Positions 1 through 12,905 of a DNA stretch of 64,000 bases are shown piece by piece. The DNA is from Eledone cirrhosa (taxonomy: Eukaryota). The notes below the pieces were generated by a model. The model had not been told where the DNA came from. It made no database searches and saw only the letters and a program-made list of their open reading frames with translations. The stretch covers positions 218,674,001 through 218,738,000 of the forward strand of contig OZ024740.1 of assembly GCA_964016885.1 (NCBI GenBank), given 5' to 3'. The translations under genes and the position numbers were made by a program. Every line of letters begins with the position of its first letter. The stretch's first letter is position 1.

Positions 1-87
1 GTAGAAATCAAGCCAGGATCAGTTCCCGTCCCACCCTTGCAAGCAGGGAAAAGTGGACGTAAAATGAAATGATGATGAATGATGATG
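1..87 (+). mobile_element. 3' tail of tRNA-derived SINE family A (RTE-type tail), cut by the window edge
   Basis: Matches the 3' end of full copies at 24344-24686 and 16727-17020 (CCCTTGCAAGCAGGGAAAAGTGGACGTAAAATG plus GAT repeats). Confidence 0.85.
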
Positions 88-137
88 AACCAGTGGTAGT
101 TTCATGTAGTTTGGTATTAACCCTTTAGCATTTACAT

Positions 138-2233
138 CACTGACGCTGATAAGAAGGTAGCTTGGAAGTGTCACTACGAAAGGCTACTAAATGAGGAGAA
201 TAAATGGGAGAAAGACAGTCTCCCCCACATCGACCAGCAGTATTAGTCGAAGGTAGTATAATAAGTAAGGCAATCAAAGATATGAAGACGGCTGGGCCTT
301 CGGAAATAGTTGCTGAAATGCTGAAAGCCTCTGGAATGGTGGGACACACCATGGTCACCGGGATAGTAAACCAAGTCATACAGAATTGGGTTGTTCCATC
401 ATCATTAACTGCTACAAGGGTAAAGGAGATGCCCTAGATAGGAGTAACTATAGAGGCATTAAATTAATCGACCAGGTCATGAAGGTCACGGAAAAAGTAA
501 TAGCCCAACTAATCAGAGAGAGAATTGATCTAGAAATGCAGTTCGGGTTTGTGTCAGGCAAAAGTACCATAGACGCTCTTTTCATTGTACGACAACTACA
601 GGAGAAGTACCTAGCTAAAAGTAAACCCCTATACTTAGCTTTTGTCGACTTGGAGAAAGCCTTCAACAGAGTCCCCCGTTCCATTATCTGGTGGGCTCTT
701 AGAAAACTAGGTGTTGATGAATGGCTTGTGAGAGCTATACAAGCCATGTATAAAGAAACAGTCAGCAAGGTTAGAATTAACAATGAATATAGTGAAGAGT
801 TTAGCGTAAAAGTTGGCGTTCATCAGGGCTTCGTTCTATTTATTATTGCCCTTCAGGCTATAACAGTGGAGTTCAAGACCGGCTGCCCATGGGAACTCCT
901 ATACGCAGATGATCTAACGCTCATAGCTGAATCAATGGCCGAACTAGAGAAGAAATTCCAAACATGGAAGCATGGCCTAGAATCAAAAGGCCTTAAAATT
1001 AACCTGCCTAAGACTAAAGTTCTAGTTTGTAGGAAGGAAAATAGGGCGCCGGTCCCATCCGGGAAATGGCCATGCTCAGTGTGTAGGAAAGGAGTAGGTA
1101 GAAACTCCATTTTATGTCCCAAATGCAAAGTATGGGTGCATAAAAGATGTAGTGGGATCACAGGTAAGCTAACTAAGAACATAGATTTTACATGTGGCCG
1201 GTGCTCTGGTGCAATAAGTAACAGCAAGTGCTCACAGAATACTAGCTCTTTCAATTGCACAGAGGGTTCTATAGAAATAGTGGACAGCTTCCGTTACCTG
1301 GGTGACAAAATCAGCAGTGGGGGAGGGTGCTCTGAAAGTACAGTAGCTAGAGTCAGAACTGGATGGAAAAAGTTCAGAGAGCTTATACGACTATTTGCCG
1401 CTAAAGGGTTCTCCCTAAAAATGAAAGGCAGGCTGTATGATGCCTGCATACGAACAGCAATGTTGCATGGCAGTGAGACCTGGGCATTGTGTGCAGAGGA
1501 TATACGCAGACTAGAGAGGAACGAAGCTTGCATGCTCCGCTGGATGTGTAATAGTAATATACGTGAACGGCAAAGCATTAACGAACTAAGGGAAAAATTA
1601 GAAATAAGAGGAATCAGATGTTGTTTACTCGAGAGAAGGCTACATTGGTATGGTCACGTGATGCGCATGAAAGACGACAGCTGTATAAAAAAGTGCAGGG
1701 CAATAAAAATAGACGGTAGCCACGGAGTAGGCAGACCCAGAAAAACCTGGGACGACTTGATAAATTCCGACCTCACACACTTACACCTCTCCAAGACAAT
1801 GTCACTGGACCGAGATCTTTGGCGGTACACAGTAATAGAGAAGACCCGCCTTACCTAAATACAAAGTAAAACCTACTACAGTCATTAGCCACCTCTAACA
1901 AAATACACCCCCGTCCCATTACCCCCACCCCATCCACATCGCCCCTTTCAATGTAAAGTTATGTTGGTACCACAACATCCAGGCTGAAACAAATGAGGTC
2001 GTGTAGGTGTCACGACAAAAAAACACACAGTCCACGCTGTAATGTGGCCGTGTAGGTAACACGGTAAAAACCTCCCAGTTCCACACTGTAAATGTGTTAG
2101 GAAGGGCATCCAGCCGTAGAAAACCCGCCAGACAGTCCTATGCGAGCAAGACAACCACTCTTGACTCAAGTGGGAAAAATCCCGTCCAAACCCATGCAAG
2201 CGTGGAATATGGACGTTAAACGATGATGATGAT
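138..2233 (+). mobile_element. 5'-truncated RTE-clade non-LTR retrotransposon (LINE)
   Basis: RT ORF followed by a 3' UTR ending GGACGTTAAAC(GAT)n. The same 3' end occurs at 25575-26235. Confidence 0.92.
204..1858 (+). pseudogene. Decayed RTE reverse transcriptase ORF with internal Cys/His (PHD-like) finger
   Basis: Motifs YKGKGD..NYRGIKL, QFGF, AFVDLEKAFNRV, GVHQG, LLYADD, FRYLG, RRLHWYGHV, GRPRKTW. Frame change near 390 between ORFs 204-437 and 386-1858. Motif B is shortened (GVHQGFVLF, lacking the usual SP), so the copy is probably dead. Confidence 0.9.
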
Positions 2234-2464
2234 TACTCTATATATACTATTATATTTTCATAGTAAACACTTTATTTCACATAATTATCTCACATAATAT
2301 CAAATCTATGATTTTGATATAATTTATTTTGAGCACAATACCTTAAAATAAGTATGCATAGCTAGTTACAGCAGGTTTGAACAGAAAGATGTGAGAGAAT
2401 TCTGGCCGGATGTTGTCGATTTAAATGCTAAAGAGTTAAAAGGGTTAAGAAGAAAATAATAGTG

Positions 2465-2800
2465 GAAGCACATGACTTAATGGTTAGAGTGTTGGCCTTG
2501 CAATCATGAAGTTGTGAGTTCAATTCCTGGACTGAATGATGAATTGTGTTCTTGAGCAAGACAGCAAGACATTTTATTTTACATTACTCCAGTTTTCTCA
2601 GCAGTAGAAATGAGTTGTGTCATCACTGGTGCCAAGTTGTATCAGCTGTTGCCCTTTCCCTTGGACAACATCGGTGGTGTGGAGAGGGAAGACTGCTTTG
2701 CTGGTCTTCCACAAACAACCTTGCCTGGATTTTTGTCTCAGAGGGGAACTTTCTAGATGCAAATTCCATTGTCATTCGTGACTGAAGATCTTTACCTTTA
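2465..2800 (+). mobile_element. Diverged tRNA-derived SINE (family A-like head and core, different 3' part)
   Basis: A-box TGACTTAATGG, B-box GAGTTCAATTCC, core TTCTTGAGCAAGAC. Confidence 0.7.
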
Positions 2801-2962
2801 CCTAAGAAAATAATGTAATGCTACTATTTGTTTGTTTGTTTTTTTCCCTACCATTTATTTATTAGAGAATGATAAGTAGTGCTCATGACCATTTTCAGAG
2901 CTGCCAAGACTGGTGGGGGTGAAGGAAGGTATGCTCAAACCAGAGACCAGTTTGGATTCCAC

Positions 2963-3243
2963 TTAACCCTTTAGCATTTACATTGCAAGCAGGGAAAAGC
3001 GGACGTAAAATGATGATGATGATGATGATGATGATTACTCTATATATCCTATTGTATTTTTGTAGTAAAGGCTTTATCTCACATAAGTATCTCACATAAT
3101 ATCGAATCTATGAGATTTTAATATTATTTATTTTGAGAACAATACCTTAACATAAGTAGGAGTGGCTAGTTACGGCCAGTTTGAACAGAAAGAGGTGGGA
3201 GAATTCTGGCCAGATACAGCCAGTTTAAATGCTAAAGGATTAA
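2963..3243 (+). mobile_element. piggyBac-like MITE carrying a 52-bp SINE-A tail insertion (2984-3035)
   Basis: TTAA-CCCTTTAGCATTTA ... TAAATGCTAAAGGA-TTAA termini; insert TGCAAGCAGGGAAAAGCGGACGTAAAAT(GAT)n. Confidence 0.85.
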
Positions 3244-4249
3244 AGGTAGCAAAGACTGAGTGATGGTAGGGGTGGCTTATAACAAGGTGATAGGTTAAGT
3301 CTACCATTCAAGTAGGCCACATCAGGTTTTGAAATCAGAATGCAAAGAGCCAAAAGAAATACTGCAAAGCATCTTGTGTGATTCTCTGGCAATTCTGCTA
3401 ATCCATTGTCCTGTGGCATAGAATGGTTGATGTAGCAGGCATCACTGGATGTTCTCCTTTGCCATTTTGTTTGCAGGGTGCAACTAAAATATACTGCCTT
3501 GACTGGAGTGTAAAATCTGCTGTTCCCTCCCCTCTTTCCCTTCTCTTACTCTCGCTATTAAATTCGTTTTTCTTCCTCTTTTTTTTTTATATGTAAGTAC
3601 TGATGAATTGTAAATTTCTTTCTTTTATATTAAAATAAATTGTGTTTTAATGATCCACTGCCTCACATTGGTACTGTATTTTATCAACCTTGAATATATG
3701 GCTGGCGAAGTTGATCAATCATGGCAGGATTTCACAGAGAGCCAGAATAAATACTACAAGGCATTTTTATCCTACACTCAAACAATTTTGCCAATTCCCC
3801 ACCTATGATGTAAAGAGAATGTGTAACATTGACATGAATGGAAGGTGGAGTACAAATTAACTATCTGTGTCTAGTCATTCTGTCTTATGTGATGAGAATG
3901 TACAATGAGTTCTACATTGAAACTATATCATATTACCTACATTGTTATATTTTAACCCTATTAATATCAAACCACCTGAATCAGCCTATGATTCTATGAT
4001 ACAAAACCTCTCATTTTAAATTGTTTATATTTATCTGAAAGCCTTCCATCATAATTTTATGTAAGAACCGTTATTAAGTTATGTTCCCAAAACCAGCATA
4101 ATAATTGTTTCTTACAATGGTGTAAGGCCAGAAATTTGGAGGCAGAGGAGAAAGGAAAAGTTGGTTATGTTGATACAATGTTTGACTGCTACTTTATTTT
4201 ATCAACCCCAGAAGAATGACAGGCAAAGTTAACCTTTGCTTGTAACAAT

Positions 4250-4457
4250 TACCATATATACTTGATTATAAGCTGAGGAATATGTGACCAAAAAATCAAT
4301 AGTAGAAATAGGGTGTCGGCTTATATTCGGGGTCAATATTTTGACGATTTTCACTAACTTCAAATTCTATGTAAATAAGGTTTGGGTTTTTGCCCAATTC
4401 TCAGACATAAAATAGTGGGGTCGGCTTATATTGGTATATATTCGAGCATATATAGTA
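4250..4457. mobile_element. Tc1/mariner-superfamily (pogo/Tc2-like) MITE
   Basis: Imperfect TIRs TA-CCATATATACTTGATTATAAG / ATATTCGAGCATATATAG-TA; homologous copies at 9544-9741 and about 34946-35136. Confidence 0.7.
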
Positions 4458-4679
4458 TTTATTTATTAAGTTTTTCAAATATGAAAGGCAAAGTTGACCT
4501 TGGCGAGATTTGAACTCAGAATGTAAAAAGATGTAACTAAATACTGCTACAAAGTATTTTGTCCAATGTTCTAACAATTTTATCAATCCACCACCATAAA
4601 ACCAGCTTAATAATAAAAAAGTTAGTTATATTTTTAAATCCCTCCATATTCTTTGATTCTTTGAAATTATTTGAAACAT

Positions 4680-4874
4680 GTTGGCTGAAAGGTTCATAGG
4701 CTGACCAAGATACTTTCATGGAATGACCAAATGAGGTTTATTTTCCAATATAGTCCCTAGGAAGAAACAATGTAGTTATTAAAAAGAAAATTTGAAATTA
4801 ATGCTTGCAAGATTTCACAGCTCTAACATTACTCCTTCTTAGTCACCTATGAACTTTTCAGCCTACCCTCGTTT

Positions 4875-4935
<61 letters not shown>

Positions 4936-5505
4936 CACATGAGTTCAATAGACTGACCAAGATATTCTCATGGAATGACCAAATGAAGTTTATTTTTTGA
5001 CATAGTCCTGGAAAGAAACAATGCAGTTATTAATAAGAAAATTTTAAATTAATGCATGTAAAATTTCACAGCTCTAGCATCACTCATTCATAGTCAGACT
5101 TTGAACTTTTCAGCCTACCCTCCTATATCAATTATCTATCATTTCCAGAACAATTCCACTTCTGTTTACTTTTATTTACACCACTTTCTGATCAAACCAG
5201 TGATTGGTTTATATTGTTACTTTAGCCTAAATTGTTTGGTGAGGTATTGGCACAATTTTTGAAAAATTCATATGAAAAGTTCAAAGGCTGACTATGAAGG
5301 AGTGATGCTAATGCTGTGAAATCTTACATGCATGGATTTTAACTCTTCTTATTAATGCCTGAGCTGTGAAATCTTTCACGCATTAATTTCAACTTTTCTT
5401 CTTAATAACTGCATAGTTTCTTTCTAGGGACTATATTGAAAAATAAACCTCATTTGGTCATTCCATGAGAGTATCTTGGTCAGCCTTTGAACCTTTCAGC
5501 CAACA
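4680..5505. mobile_element. Cluster of three mariner-like MITE copies (4680-4872 +, 4940-5125 +, 5272-5505 -)
   Basis: TIR TTGGCTGAAAAGTTCATAGGCTGAC / GAACTTTTCAGCC and shared body GGAATGACCAAATGAGG; complete copy at 40782-40983. Confidence 0.75.
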
Positions 5506-5916
5506 CTAGTATATTCATTATCTTTTTTGGAGGTTGAATTAATGAATATCTTCCATCAGTGATTTTGTGTGTAGATGCTCAGAGATGGGGACAGTATTCA
5601 ATGCAAATGGTTAGGATACAAAGAGTTAATAATGTGAAAATGTGAATCATAAACATTTAAAAAAAACCAAAACAACTAAATTAAATATTTCTATGAATAA
5701 ATAAATTGATTTTTGAAACACATTTTATACTATCTGTTTCAGTTTACCTGAAATGGGAAATAAGTGTGACATTTAATTCATTGTTAAGTTGTCAGTAAAA
5801 GTAACTGTGTTAAGCTGTCAAAATACTGGCTTCAAAAGTTTAACATGCAACTCTTTTAATAGGGATATAAATTGTTTGAGAATCATCTCTCTTGCTCTCT
5901 CTTTCTCATGTATATA

Positions 5917-5919
<3 letters not shown>

Positions 5920-5963
<44 letters not shown>

Positions 5964-6094
5964 CCACCTTTTATTCAGAAACTACTGAACCAACACCCAC
6001 ACATTATATATGTGTATATATATATATACACATATATATATACACACACACACATACATACATACATACATACATACATACATACATACATACA

Positions 6095-6125
<31 letters not shown>
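5920..6125. repeat. (TG)n, (TA)n and (TACA)n microsatellite cluster
   Basis: Seen directly; explains ORFs 5789-6205 and 5892-6170. Confidence 0.95.
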
Positions 6126-8599
6126 TATCATCATCATTCATTCATCACAACACAAACAAGATTTCTATAACATTTATTTTGAAATATGAAACAGCAATGA
6201 CTTGAAATTCAATATTTTTATATTTCAAATTGAATCAGCATCAGTTTTATGTCAGGTTCTCCATATTGACATGGGTTAGATGAGATTTTATGGGACAACA
6301 TTTTACAGTTTTTCCTGACACAGACACACATTTTTTAAAAATAGGTCAATGGGCTTCCTTACAGTGTCTGCCTACCAAAATCCTTCACAATGAATTGGTT
6401 GACTTGAGACTACAGCAGAAGACACTTGCCTAAGGTGCCATGCAGATCATGTAGTTGTAAAGGAAAAGTTTTAGCCATGCAGCCATTCCTGTGCCTCACA
6501 ATAAAGATACAAAATAAAAAAGTCCAAGAGTGGTTCATGGTTACTATATTTTGAAATATTAAATTGTTTTATTTTAATCAATTAAAGGAAACCAGATTAG
6601 ATGATGATGATCATAATGATTTTATGTATATTTCAGTATACATCTACAGATATATGTGTGTATAGATGAAACAAACTGAAAAATGACTCATTCACATAAA
6701 CAGTTCATTGCAAAACCCTTATTGAATGAACATCTAATGTAATTTACATCGACATCATCATTTTATATCCACCTTCCACATTGGCATGGGTTGGATGGGT
6801 TATCATAGTCCAAGACTAGACAGATCAGAGTGACCAGTTTTTCTCATTGTGTTGCATTATATGGCATGGTTTCTACAGCTGGATGCCCTACCTAATACCA
6901 ACCATCTTACAAAATGTACTGGGCGCCTTTTTCATAGCATCAACACTACCACTTTATAGAGTGAACTGAGGGCATTTTATTGTGGCACCAACACTAACAC
7001 TTTACAGGGCATACTACATGCATTTTATCATGGCACCAGCTCTGGAGAGGTTGGCACATGCTATGACAGACTGAAGAGTCTTCTCAAATTGTCTTTATTT
7101 GATTGCCAAACATTGTAATCTCCCATCTCTCACATTTACTTTTAATGTTGCAGTGCTTGTACTAATGTAATGGTGTAATGGATGCCATTTTGGAAGGGGT
7201 GTGGCATGAATTTCACTCCAAGATCCCTTGGTTATCTTCAATTACCCTCGTTTATAGACATTACAGGGGATTCAAATTTCAAAGTACAGTTGGGATCTCT
7301 CTAAGGTGTATTTTCGCTTCCAAAAACTTCAGTCAATGAATAGTGTTTGTATCAAAATAGACAACAGTCCTAGTATATTCAAGATATGATAGAAGTAGCA
7401 GCCAAATCTCCCTCAAATCATACCCTATCACGTTCAGCATGTGTATGTGTGTGAGTTGACAGAAGATGGTAATTAGATGTGTTAGAAATAGCAGCCACAT
7501 CTCTCTCAAACCCCAACCCTACTGTTCTATGTTTGTTTGTGCAACTTATCTACTGGACCTGCCAAACCTCAATTCAAAATGTACTATAGTACGTTGTAAA
7601 TGTATGTGAAATGGAGTTGCAAATTATCTTTCCAGTGTGACTTGTACATAAGGGTGGACAGTGAGTGTGTGAGTGTTTGTGAGCACATGTGTGTGTGTGC
7701 ATGTGGTGTCTGTATGCATGTGGGCATGTAATGTCTGTGTGTGTGTGTGCATAAAATAACGAGGTATTGGCGGTGGTGGTGGCGGTGCTGCTGGTAGTAG
7801 TAGTAGTGGTGGTCGTGGTGGTGGTGTTGGTGTTGGTGGGGTAGTGGTGGTGGCAAGGATGATAATGATAATGATGATGATGATGATAATGACAGAAATA
7901 TTGAATGCAAGCAGAGTATCAGAAGCAGTGGACATACCAGATGTAAAATATTTTACCATCAGAAACTTGGTCCCATTTTTATTTTGAGTTTGAATCCTAC
8001 TGGGGGTTGACTTTTCTTTCCTCTCTAAGTCGAGATAAAATAAAACACAGGTATTTATTGGGGGGCTGATTTAATTGGTTCTTGCTGCCGCTGCACCTGT
8101 GTTTACAATATTTTGCAGTTTTGTATCAACGTGAACGATCAATAATAAATGATAGAGTAAGTCAGCAGAATAATTAGAACATTAGACTAAATACCATAGA
8201 GATTTCATTCCATTTCTCAATACTTTCATTTCAAATCCCAATATTGGCAGCTTTCCCTTTCATTCCACCAGGGCTGATAATTCTTTTTTTTTTTTCATTT
8301 TTAACCTATTATCATCGTCATCATTGTCATTATCATCACCATCATCATAATCATTATTGGCGGTGGCAGCAGCATTCGACAGTAGTAGCTGACTGTCATA
8401 ATTCTCCTCTACCCATTGCAGCTTTCTTAATCGGTTGAAGTACCATGGCTAGGTGATTAGCCCTGGCCAGCAGAAATTCTCAAAAGATAAAAAATATAAA
8501 ATAACAATAATCTGAATTTATCCAGAGACTTATTTTAACATTTTTGATACCACACCCAACTGAGACTGTCTTTAATTCTGTATTATAAAACTGTCTATC

Positions 8600-8747
8600 T
8601 TAACCTTTTTCTGTTGAAACTGGCTGTAACCGGTCGCTCAAACTGATGTTAAGGTATTGTTCTCAAAATAAATACTTTTAAAATCTCATAGATTCGATAT
8701 TATGTGAGATAATTATACATAGAGTAATGTAAATGCTAAAGGGTTAA
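8600..8747 (-). mobile_element. piggyBac-like MITE, partial, reverse orientation, with empty insertion site
   Basis: Ends AGAGTAATGTAAATGCTAAAGGG-TTAA, whose reverse complement is TTAACCCTTTAGCATTTACATTACTCT. Confidence 0.75.
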
Positions 8748-9543
8748 AGTGTTCATGTATATAAATTAAAATCTTCCATTATAATTTTGTGTGAGAACCT
8801 TTTGCCAGGTTATGTTCCAGAAAACAGTTTTAAAATATGATAAAATTTATTATCTTACTTATCATTGTTCAACTGCAGTAGCAGATATCGACAATCCTAT
8901 TCTACCTATTGTAACTTTCATAATCAGTTGTGGCCTCATGGTTAGGTTATTAGCCCTGGCTATCAATAGGATTTGAATCTCTAGGTGGAATTTGAACACA
9001 GAATGCAAAATGCCAAAACAAAAACTTCCTGACAACTCATCCAACGCTCTGACAATTTTGCCAATCCACCACGATAGATTGGTACTGTATTTTATCAACA
9101 ACTAATGGATGAAAGGAAGATGGTAAATTGGCAGAGTTGTTAGAATGTCAGATAGAATGCTTTGTCCTATTCATTCCGACTCTCTGCTCTCTAAGTTCAA
9201 ATCCTGCCAAGGTCAACTTTGCCTTTCATCCATTCAAAGTCAATAAAAAAAAATACCAGTCTAGCACTGGGGTCAATTCTTCCTTTAAATTATTTTCTCA
9301 CTTCCTCTCTCTCACTTTCTATCTTCCTCTGGAAGAAATCTACTGTATTCAGACCTAGAGAGGAGGAGATGGGCACTGCCAGGTTTAAAATGCCCTAGAA
9401 ATACTGTATGCCAATGCAGTACCCCTACAACTCTCTCAGGAGTTACAAGACCATACATACATAAAATGGATGAAAGACAAAGTTGATGCCAATAAATACC
9501 ACGAGATATTCTATTCAACACAACAATGACTTCTAGTAACAAT

Positions 9544-9741
9544 TACCATATATACTTGATTATAAGTCATATAATATGTAACCAAAAAAATCAATGGTAG
9601 AAGTAGGGTGTCGGCTTATATTCGGGGTCAATATTTTGATGATTTGCATTAACTTCAAATTCTACGTAAATAAGGTTTGGATATTTGCTCAATTCTCAGA
9701 AATAAAATAGTGGGGTCGACTTATATCGAGCATATACAGTA
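9544..9741. mobile_element. pogo/Tc2-like MITE
   Basis: Near copy of 4250-4457 with TA-flanked TIRs. Confidence 0.72.
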
Positions 9742-10289
9742 TTTATTAAGTTTTTCAAATATATATTGCAAAAACTAAAACAAACAAATAAAAATAGAGT
9801 ATTAGAAGAAGAAAAAAACTCTTGTTGAGGCCTCACTCAAAGGCTCGAATAAGTACCAGTTATATATTGGTGTCAGTTCAATCAATTATTCCACTACCTC
9901 TACAAAAAATTGATTAGGTCTAGTAAAAGGTGATCAATATTGTATAAAAAGTAAAAAATATACCGAGAGAACCCGCATAAAACGAATTAATTTGCACTCT
10001 ATGAACAGAATAAACTGAAGTAATAAAATATTAATGCTTTGTAATTACCAGTATACACATCAAAGTTGTTTCATTTTTAACATAAAATTAAAATAGAAAA
10101 ATTAAAATTTTCTCATAAATGAATTTTAGTCTGTTCATTTTTTAAAGTTTTAAAGAATTTTTAATGCCATAGCCAGAAGGGGAAGGTCATTGTCCATGAC
10201 CATTTTAAAGGTCTCTGAGACTGGTGGAATGAGTTTCTTGTATTACTGCAGAGTCAAAAAGTTGTAGGAGATGAGTCTAAAAAAAGTCT

Positions 10290-10566
10290 AAAGTCTGTCT
10301 TAAGCCAGAGGCTCATTTGGCCAGTGCTTATCCCAGTTTCATGGCATGAAGTGACTGACAGTACAAGACTTCCCACTGGACAGTACGCCAGTCCATCGTA
10401 GGGTTAAACACCCAGCTATTGTTGGTACTCATTTTCAGCTGAGTATACTGGAGCAACATGGAATGAAGTGTTTTGCTCAAGAACACATCACACAACTGAG
10501 GAATAGAACTCACGACATTATGCTCGTAAGTCCAACACCCTTACCACTAGGCCATGTGCCCCCACG
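10290..10566 (-). mobile_element. tRNA-derived SINE (third tail variant)
   Basis: Minus-strand head GGCACATGGCCTAGTGGTAAGGGTGTTGGAC...GAGTTCTATTCC and core TTCTTGAGCAA; tail similar to 17545-17590. Confidence 0.7.
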
Positions 10567-10796
10567 TGGAGGATAAGTAGAGTCAACTAAATCTATTTCA
10601 ATATATGGCTGATACTCAGGACTGGATTAACTGTTAACCAAAGTAAATACATGCTTGGGACATCAAAGGAAGCGGAGTACCATTTTGCTTAAATCAAAAT
10701 TTCCTCATAAAAGAATTTTAGTTTGTTCATTTTAAAAAGTTTTTTTAATATCATAGTCAGAAGGAAGTCAGTGCCCATAGAAAATAATTTTTTGCT

Positions 10797-11077
<281 letters not shown>

Positions 11078-11086
11078 ATATAGAAA

Positions 11087-11137
11087 AGCTTCTACAGGAC
11101 TAGAACTGTTTCATTCGTGAGAAATCATCAGGAAGCT
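11087..11137 (-). ncRNA. Type I hammerhead ribozyme candidate
   Basis: Minus strand AGCTTC-CTGATGA-TTTCTCACGAAT-GAA-ACAG-TTCTAGTC-CTGT-A-GAAGCT: 6-bp stem I, intact core, stem II TTC/GAA with a U-U base, 4-bp stem III, GUA cleavage triplet. Confidence 0.75.
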
Positions 11138-11239
11138 GACTGTCCAAGTAATATTAAATATTTATACTCTGCTTTGTATTGAGTACCTTACTTACTGTGG
11201 TTACCCCTAATTGAACCTGGGATAAACTTATATATATAC

Positions 11240-11277
<38 letters not shown>

Positions 11278-11348
11278 ATATATAAAGACAAAGTTTTCTG
11301 TATGTGTGTGTGTGGACAATTTTTAATGAGGGCTCATATATTCTAAAC

Positions 11349-12047
11349 CAAAGGTTCTCAACCGGGGGCATATGCACCCGGGGGGGGGGGGGGCGCGTTT
11401 CGGAACTCCAGGGGGGCGTTTGGGAGCAAGGTCGCGTTAAGAGGGCGTTTGGAGCTGGGGGAGGGAGGTTAGGGGGCGCTGGAAGGCTCTTTATTTTGGT
11501 AAGTTTTATAAGCCATATTTGTATGTCTTTGAGACAACCAGTGTGAATGCATTTGAATGAGCTTGCAGACAGCATAACTATAGTCTGACCGCAGCTGTGA
11601 GCAGATGTGCAGGCATGTCCGGTAATTGAGATCCTAAAAATGAAAAAACCCACAGTCAACTGGGTCAAAGACACTTTAAGCGCAGCCAGTTAGAATCTTA
11701 TCTTTCCTTCACCGATAACAATGTATTTCATGTCTGAAATTATTGACTCAACTGTAACGAGTTAACACTATGTAGATCTATTTTATTCCCTATTGTATAA
11801 ATAATATTACAAATAAAAAAAAAGAAAAGAAAAAACAGAAGCGAGTAGCACACACATCTAGGACCACATACAACACATAATCAGATAATACACACATCTT
11901 TGGAATATTGTTAATCAATTTTTTAGTAATCTACTGATATAAAAATCAGTAGTATATTGAAAAATGGAAAAATGGGGGGGGGGTGCTCGTTTCGTGATTT
12001 CGAGGGACAGAAGGGGGTGTTTGGCCTAAATGGGTTGAGAACCTGTG
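11349..12047. mobile_element. Non-autonomous hAT DNA transposon
   Basis: TIRs CAAAGGTTCTCAACC / GGTTGAGAACCTGTG; perfect 8-bp TSD TTCTAAAC at 11341-11348 and 12048-12055. Confidence 0.88.
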
Positions 12048-12751
12048 TTCTAAACCATTCATGCATTCATGCGATTTCTTTCAAATTTTTTACAGAGCTT
12101 CTCCTTGCACAAAACCTGTACATAATCTACAAAGGCTTTCAAAAATCGATATTGGGGCCTTTAGAGACATTAAAAAAGTTTCAGTTATTTGTGTGAATTT
12201 TCGTGATTAAGTAAGACAAGAGTTATCTTTCGTAATTCGGCTCATTTGGATTTTAATTTACTTTTTGTACTTGAAACAAAAGGTACGCTTCCTCGAGACT
12301 AACAATATCATTTTGTATATTTCACAACCAGCAATTTCTAACAGATTACTAAGTTAAGTTATAGATTTGACATTGTATAATTTATCGTTTCAAGCTTGAT
12401 GTTCATACATTAAGTGATGTCATAACTTTTACAATATTATGCTTTGTACATAATAGTGTCTATTATTCACTTCACTTCTCCATTTCATGATGCGCATTTA
12501 CTGTTGTCAAAAACATTTGTACCTAGACTGGATTTCTGTTGTTACATGGTATAACGGATGACACCGAGCTCACATATTAATTATTTCGCTGGAATAGTGC
12601 CTAAGGTTTTCATGTTTACATAAAGTACGTTTTTCTTCTATGTATTCAAATTTACTTTGTTTAGTTTAATGAGCTGCATCGAAAGCTACTTGAACCGTCC
12701 AAAGGACGGGTAGTTTAGCTAGTATATATATATATACATACATACATATAT

Positions 12752-12808
<57 letters not shown>

Positions 12809-12824
12809 TATGTGTATATATATA

Positions 12825-12900
<76 letters not shown>

Positions 12901-12905
<5 letters not shown>

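Larger units (their letters stand above)
117..2439 (+). mobile_element. piggyBac-like MITE (about 205 bp) split by an RTE LINE insertion
   Basis: Left end TTAA-CCCTTTAGCATTTA at 117-134; the rest of the MITE resumes at 2234 and ends TAAATGCTAAAGAG-TTAA at 2439. Matches the uninterrupted copy at 41288-41492. Confidence 0.85.

Noticed and set aside
7584-7959. His/Pro-rich ORFs, also 33878-34236
   Set aside because: Built from (GGT)n, (GAT)n and (TG)n microsatellites.
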